Shown: positions 43,724-46,932 of the stretch, in pieces
Position numbering within the stretch: the stretch's first letter is position 1
Layout: every line of letters starts with the position of its first letter
From: a virus
Taxonomy: Duplodnaviria; Caudoviricetes
Strand: one strand, 5' to 3'
Length of the DNA: 46,932 bases
IMG/VR virus record: IMGVR_UViG_3300044513_002891
Coordinates: 1-46,932 of that record
Notes under the pieces: model-generated
The model's input: the letters and a program-made list of their open reading frames with translations, nothing else
Told to the model about the DNA's origin: nothing
The model's database searches: none
Translations under genes and position numbers: made by a program

Positions 43724-44396
43724 ACGATACTCTTCCAGGCCAGTGCTCTAAAATTAAATCTTCTAATTGAAGGTTATCCATACGAGCGTTTTCACCTTTA
43801 ATTTGTTGAATAATTTTTTCCATTTTATTACACCAGTCTTTGGTTGTTTGTTTTAGATTATATCCAAGGTACGGATAAATTGTATTTTCTACATAACGCA
43901 TATGTTCTAATACACTTGGGTGCGAGTCAGTAACATAAATGTTTTTTGTTTCAGGAAATACATTTTGAGATCCAGGTAAAGTATTGTCTACTTTATCTTT
44001 ATGTCCTTGGAATAGATCAACATTAAAAGATTTCAAATATGCTGTTGTTTGTAGTATTGCTGTTTTGTTTCTAATGTTGTCATTTTCTTCACTCCAATGA
44101 TTACTTAGATATTCGTCGTTGTAATAAGCACTGTTTAAAATATTGCCTTCAGTAATCCATTTGCCTTCTTTAAAAAGATCTACTCTTTGCCAACTACTCC
44201 ATAAAATACAAACAAGATCGTTTTGATTAAAATTATGTTTTTCATTTGCTTCAACAGTACGACAAGCAATACCTTGATTGCCCATTCCGGCTTTTGCATA
44301 GTTATGATTTTCGCAATCTAAGTCTCTTGCAATTATATCACTCCATGTTGGCCAGATATATTCTGTATAAGAACAACCAAATGTAAAAAGCCTCAT
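43716..44396 (-). CDS. SGNH/GDSL-like hydrolase or acyltransferase
   Basis: FGCSYT block I, NYAKAGMGN block II, DSHP block V. Confidence 0.65.
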   Translation of the reverse strand: MRLFTFGCSYTEYIWPTWSDIIARDLDCENHNYAKAGMGNQGIACRTVEANEKHNFNQNDLVCILWSSWQRVDLFKEGKWITEGNILNSAYYNDEYLSNHWSEENDNIRNKTAILQTTAYLKSFNVDLFQGHKDKVDNTLPGSQNVFPETKNIYVTDSHPSVLEHMRYVENTIYPYLGYNLKQTTKDWCNKMEKIIQQIKGENARMDNLQLEDLILEHWPGRVSYV

Positions 44397-44977
44397 TTAA
44401 ATATCTCCATAGCAGGCAAGTAAGGATAGTCTTCGCTGGTCCATAGTTTATCTGCTGTAGCAGTTTTTAATTTTTCTAAACCAAGTTGTGCAGTTTCAGG
44501 AGTCATGTAATAATGATATCCTATATTTTTTATATTTTGTTCTGCCCAAGGTTTATCATCAGTTCTACCATCATATGACATCTGTTTAAGAATATTATAA
44601 TCTTGTTCAGTTGGACATAGTATTGCTCCGCCTCTTCCAAGACTTAGCATTTTTTTGTGTTGGAAACTTAGACACATTAGTTGTCCTCTAATGTAACTGT
44701 CTTTAGCAAAATTTACAGCACCATCGATGATTCTTGTACCGCCGATAAAATAGTATCCTACCCAATCTGCATTAACAAAACTCCAATTTAAGTTTAGTTT
44801 CATTAGTGTAAATGGAATACTGATGTAGGTTTTTGTAGGAATAGATAATTTGTTTTGAGGATTATCGTAACGTAAACAAAGTTCAATAGCGTGAGTACAA
44901 CTATCTGTCGCAACAGCATAAGGTGCACCGTAATATTTTGCTATTTCTTTTTCGAATTCTTTGACTGTTTCAAACAT
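44393..44977 (-). CDS. short DegT/DnrJ/EryC1/StrS-family PLP aminotransferase
   Basis: FEKEIAKYYGAPYAVATDSCTHAIEL, SFQHKKMLSLGRGGAI (PLP Lys region), GYHYYM. Confidence 0.8.
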   Translation of the reverse strand: MFETVKEFEKEIAKYYGAPYAVATDSCTHAIELCLRYDNPQNKLSIPTKTYISIPFTLMKLNLNWSFVNADWVGYYFIGGTRIIDGAVNFAKDSYIRGQLMCLSFQHKKMLSLGRGGAILCPTEQDYNILKQMSYDGRTDDKPWAEQNIKNIGYHYYMTPETAQLGLEKLKTATADKLWTSEDYPYLPAMEIFK

Positions 44978-44982
44978 ACAAC

Positions 44983-44990
44983 TATTTATA
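44983..44990 (-). promoter_or_regulatory. exact T4 late consensus TATAAATA, 5 nt before the DegT ATG
   Basis: Minus strand reads TATAAATA-GTTGT-ATG. Confidence 0.75.
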
Positions 44991-45001
44991 TACGCAGTTA
45001 A

Positions 45002-45007
45002 TAAGTA
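45002..45007 (+). promoter_or_regulatory. late promoter-like TAAGTA, divergent from the previous one
   Basis: TAAGTA-TATAT-GTG. Confidence 0.5.
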
Positions 45008-45012
45008 TATAT

Positions 45013-45963
45013 GTGAGTGAAAGTATGAATCTAATATTATGGCATCGATCTTGGAGTCTTGAAAATTTACTAAAGACTGTCCAAAATAATTCTAATACAT
45101 TAATACGAGTCTTGGGTGCTGAGGAATATGCTATAATGGGTTATGATAATCCTGATAATGAAAATATTCTTAGAAAAATCAAAAAAGAAATTACTATTAG
45201 TTCTAATACTGTTGAGTTTGTTTGTGGCGGATTTCCTACAAGCAACTCTTTTTATCCAGGGTCTAATGTAACATATTGGACAACTTTTTGGCCTACAAAA
45301 ACATTTTACGAATTAAGTAAATGGGGTCACGTTGCAAATAATAATAATTTTACAAAAGCATATGTAAATTTAAACAACAAGCCTTGGGATTTTCGTTGCG
45401 AAATGCTTGAGGCATTGTCTCAAAGAAACCTAATATCAAAAGGAGCAATTAGTTGGAATGAATGTAATATTGATTATGACTTTAAACATTGGAAACAAGA
45501 ACGTTTGATTATTGATCCTGAGTATGCTAAGTCAACAGAACAATACGGATCTTTTCCTCCTGCGTTTCTTGAAAGTTTTATGAGTCTTGTAAGTGAGTCT
45601 ACAATGGATACTATATTTCCAACAGAAAAGACTTATACACCGATCTATTTTAAAAAACCTTTTATAGTTTGGAGTGTTCCTAATTTTCATAAAGCATTAC
45701 AAGAATTAGGTTTTGAATTATATGATGAACTGTTTGACTATAGTTTTGATTCAATTCAAGATAGTAAAAAAAGATTAAATGCTATTTTAGATCAAGTTGA
45801 AAGTGTTGTTGATAAAGATTATCAAAACTTATATAATTTGGTTGCAGAAAAAGCAGAAAGAAACTATAATATATTAAAAAATATTAGGTTTGATAAAAGT
45901 CGCGTTCCAAAATCTATGTTAGAACACGGTGGATATGAACAATTAGTTAAGGACATGAAATGA
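45013..45963 (+). CDS. putative GT-B glycosyltransferase-like protein (start GTG 45013 or ATG 45025)
   Basis: SFMSLVSES...FPTEKT...KPFI...LGFELYDELFDYSFD; paralog of 41246-42271. Confidence 0.5.
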   Translation: MSESMNLILWHRSWSLENLLKTVQNNSNTLIRVLGAEEYAIMGYDNPDNENILRKIKKEITISSNTVEFVCGGFPTSNSFYPGSNVTYWTTFWPTKTFYELSKWGHVANNNNFTKAYVNLNNKPWDFRCEMLEALSQRNLISKGAISWNECNIDYDFKHWKQERLIIDPEYAKSTEQYGSFPPAFLESFMSLVSESTMDTIFPTEKTYTPIYFKKPFIVWSVPNFHKALQELGFELYDELFDYSFDSIQDSKKRLNAILDQVESVVDKDYQNLYNLVAEKAERNYNILKNIRFDKSRVPKSMLEHGGYEQLVKDMK

Positions 45964-46932
45964 GTACAATAGGATTTATTGGTGTAGGAAAATTAGGTGA
46001 GCCATGTGCTACAGAGATAGTAAAGAAAGGTCATACAGTAAAAGGTTATGACATTTCATCTTTTGATAGTAACAACATAACTGTTGCAGAAACAATTAAA
46101 GATTGTGTTCAAGATACCGACATTGTATTTGTTGCTGTTCCAACACCGCATCATCCAGACTATGACGGCAGACGTCCTACAAGTCATTTAGAACCTAAAG
46201 ACTTTGATTACTCTATTGTAATTGATGTATTAAAAGAAGCAAACAAACATATGAACAAAAAACAGTTGCTTGTTTTAATATCAACAGTATTACCTGGAAC
46301 AACACGTAGAGAATTTGTGCCACTTGTAACTAATACACGTTTTGTTTATAATCCTTATCTAATTGCAATGGGAACTGTTGGTTGGGATATGGTCAATCCT
46401 GAAATGATTATGATTGGCACTGACGACGGTAGCGAAACGGGTGATGCAAAACAGTTGCGTGATTTTTATAATACAATAATGGAAAACGACCCACGTTACG
46501 TTATAGGAACATATGACGAGTGTGAATGTATTAAAGTTTTTTACAACACGTTTATTAGTACAAAACTAAGTCTTGTTAATATGATGCAAGACGTTGCTCA
46601 GAAGCAAGGTAATATTAATGTTGATGTAGTAACAGATGCTCTGTCAAAGTCAACAATGCGAATTATGAGTGATCGTTATATGACAGCAGGTATGGGAGAT
46701 GGCGGAAGTTGCCACCCAAGAGATAATATTGCATTGCGTTATATGGCAAAAGAATTAAACTTGGAATACGATATATTTGATAGTATTATGACAGCAAGAG
46801 AAGTTCAAGCAAAAAATCTTGCAAAGTTTGTTATAGAGACAAAACAAAAATATGGTGGAAGTATTATATTAAATGGTATTTCGTATAAGCCTGGTGTAGG
46901 ATATGTTGATGGCAGTTATGCACTACTTGTTG
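45960..46932 (+). CDS. ugd: UDP-glucose/GDP-mannose dehydrogenase family protein, truncated at the window end (absent from the ORF track)
   Basis: ATGA overlap at 45960; MSTIGFIGVGKLG Rossmann motif, FVAVPTP, STVLPGTT, KVFYNTF, GMGDGGSCHPRD catalytic Cys motif. Confidence 0.9.
   Translation, partial: MSTIGFIGVGKLGEPCATEIVKKGHTVKGYDISSFDSNNITVAETIKDCVQDTDIVFVAVPTPHHPDYDGRRPTSHLEPKDFDYSIVIDVLKEANKHMNKKQLLVLISTVLPGTTRREFVPLVTNTRFVYNPYLIAMGTVGWDMVNPEMIMIGTDDGSETGDAKQLRDFYNTIMENDPRYVIGTYDECECIKVFYNTFISTKLSLVNMMQDVAQKQGNINVDVVTDALSKSTMRIMSDRYMTAGMGDGGSCHPRDNIALRYMAKELNLEYDIFDSIMTAREVQAKNLAKFVIETKQKYGGSIILNGISYKPGVGYVDGSYALLV

Noticed and set aside
1-46932. Alternative genetic code (stop-codon reassignment)
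   Set aside because: Genes are full length in the standard code, and TAA, TAG and TGA all serve as stops.

Overview
This AT-rich window comes from a large T4-related contractile-tailed phage (myovirus); that assignment is inferred from gene content. It has four parts. (1) 1-5031: a minus-strand operon gp55 (late sigma) - gp47 - gp46 - small basic protein - stand-alone GIY-YIG nuclease. It is followed by about 450 nt of non-coding DNA holding a candidate ~350-nt structured RNA and a cluster of short hairpins. (2) 5116-36815: a plus-strand baseplate/tail module with tube initiator, gp53, hub, gp5, gp25, gp6, a 4972-aa gp7-position protein, three paralogous fibre proteins and accessory virion proteins. 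(3) 36812-46932: a sugar/glycan-modification cluster with five glycosyltransferase-like genes, a radical SAM enzyme, a 2OG-Fe(II) oxygenase, an amidinotransferase, an SGNH-like protein, a DegT-type aminotransferase and a nucleotide-sugar dehydrogenase. (4) Regulatory and compositional signals: consensus sigma70 promoters for gp55 and gp47, TAA(A/G)TA late-promoter motifs (several placed to give leaderless mRNAs), and apparent avoidance of AGCT and GCWGC. The best candidates for undescribed biology are the GIY-YIG plus structured-RNA pair and a late-expressed amidino/guanidino-sugar glycosylation pathway next to the fibre genes. All protein calls come from motif recognition by eye; no database searches or folding programs were run.
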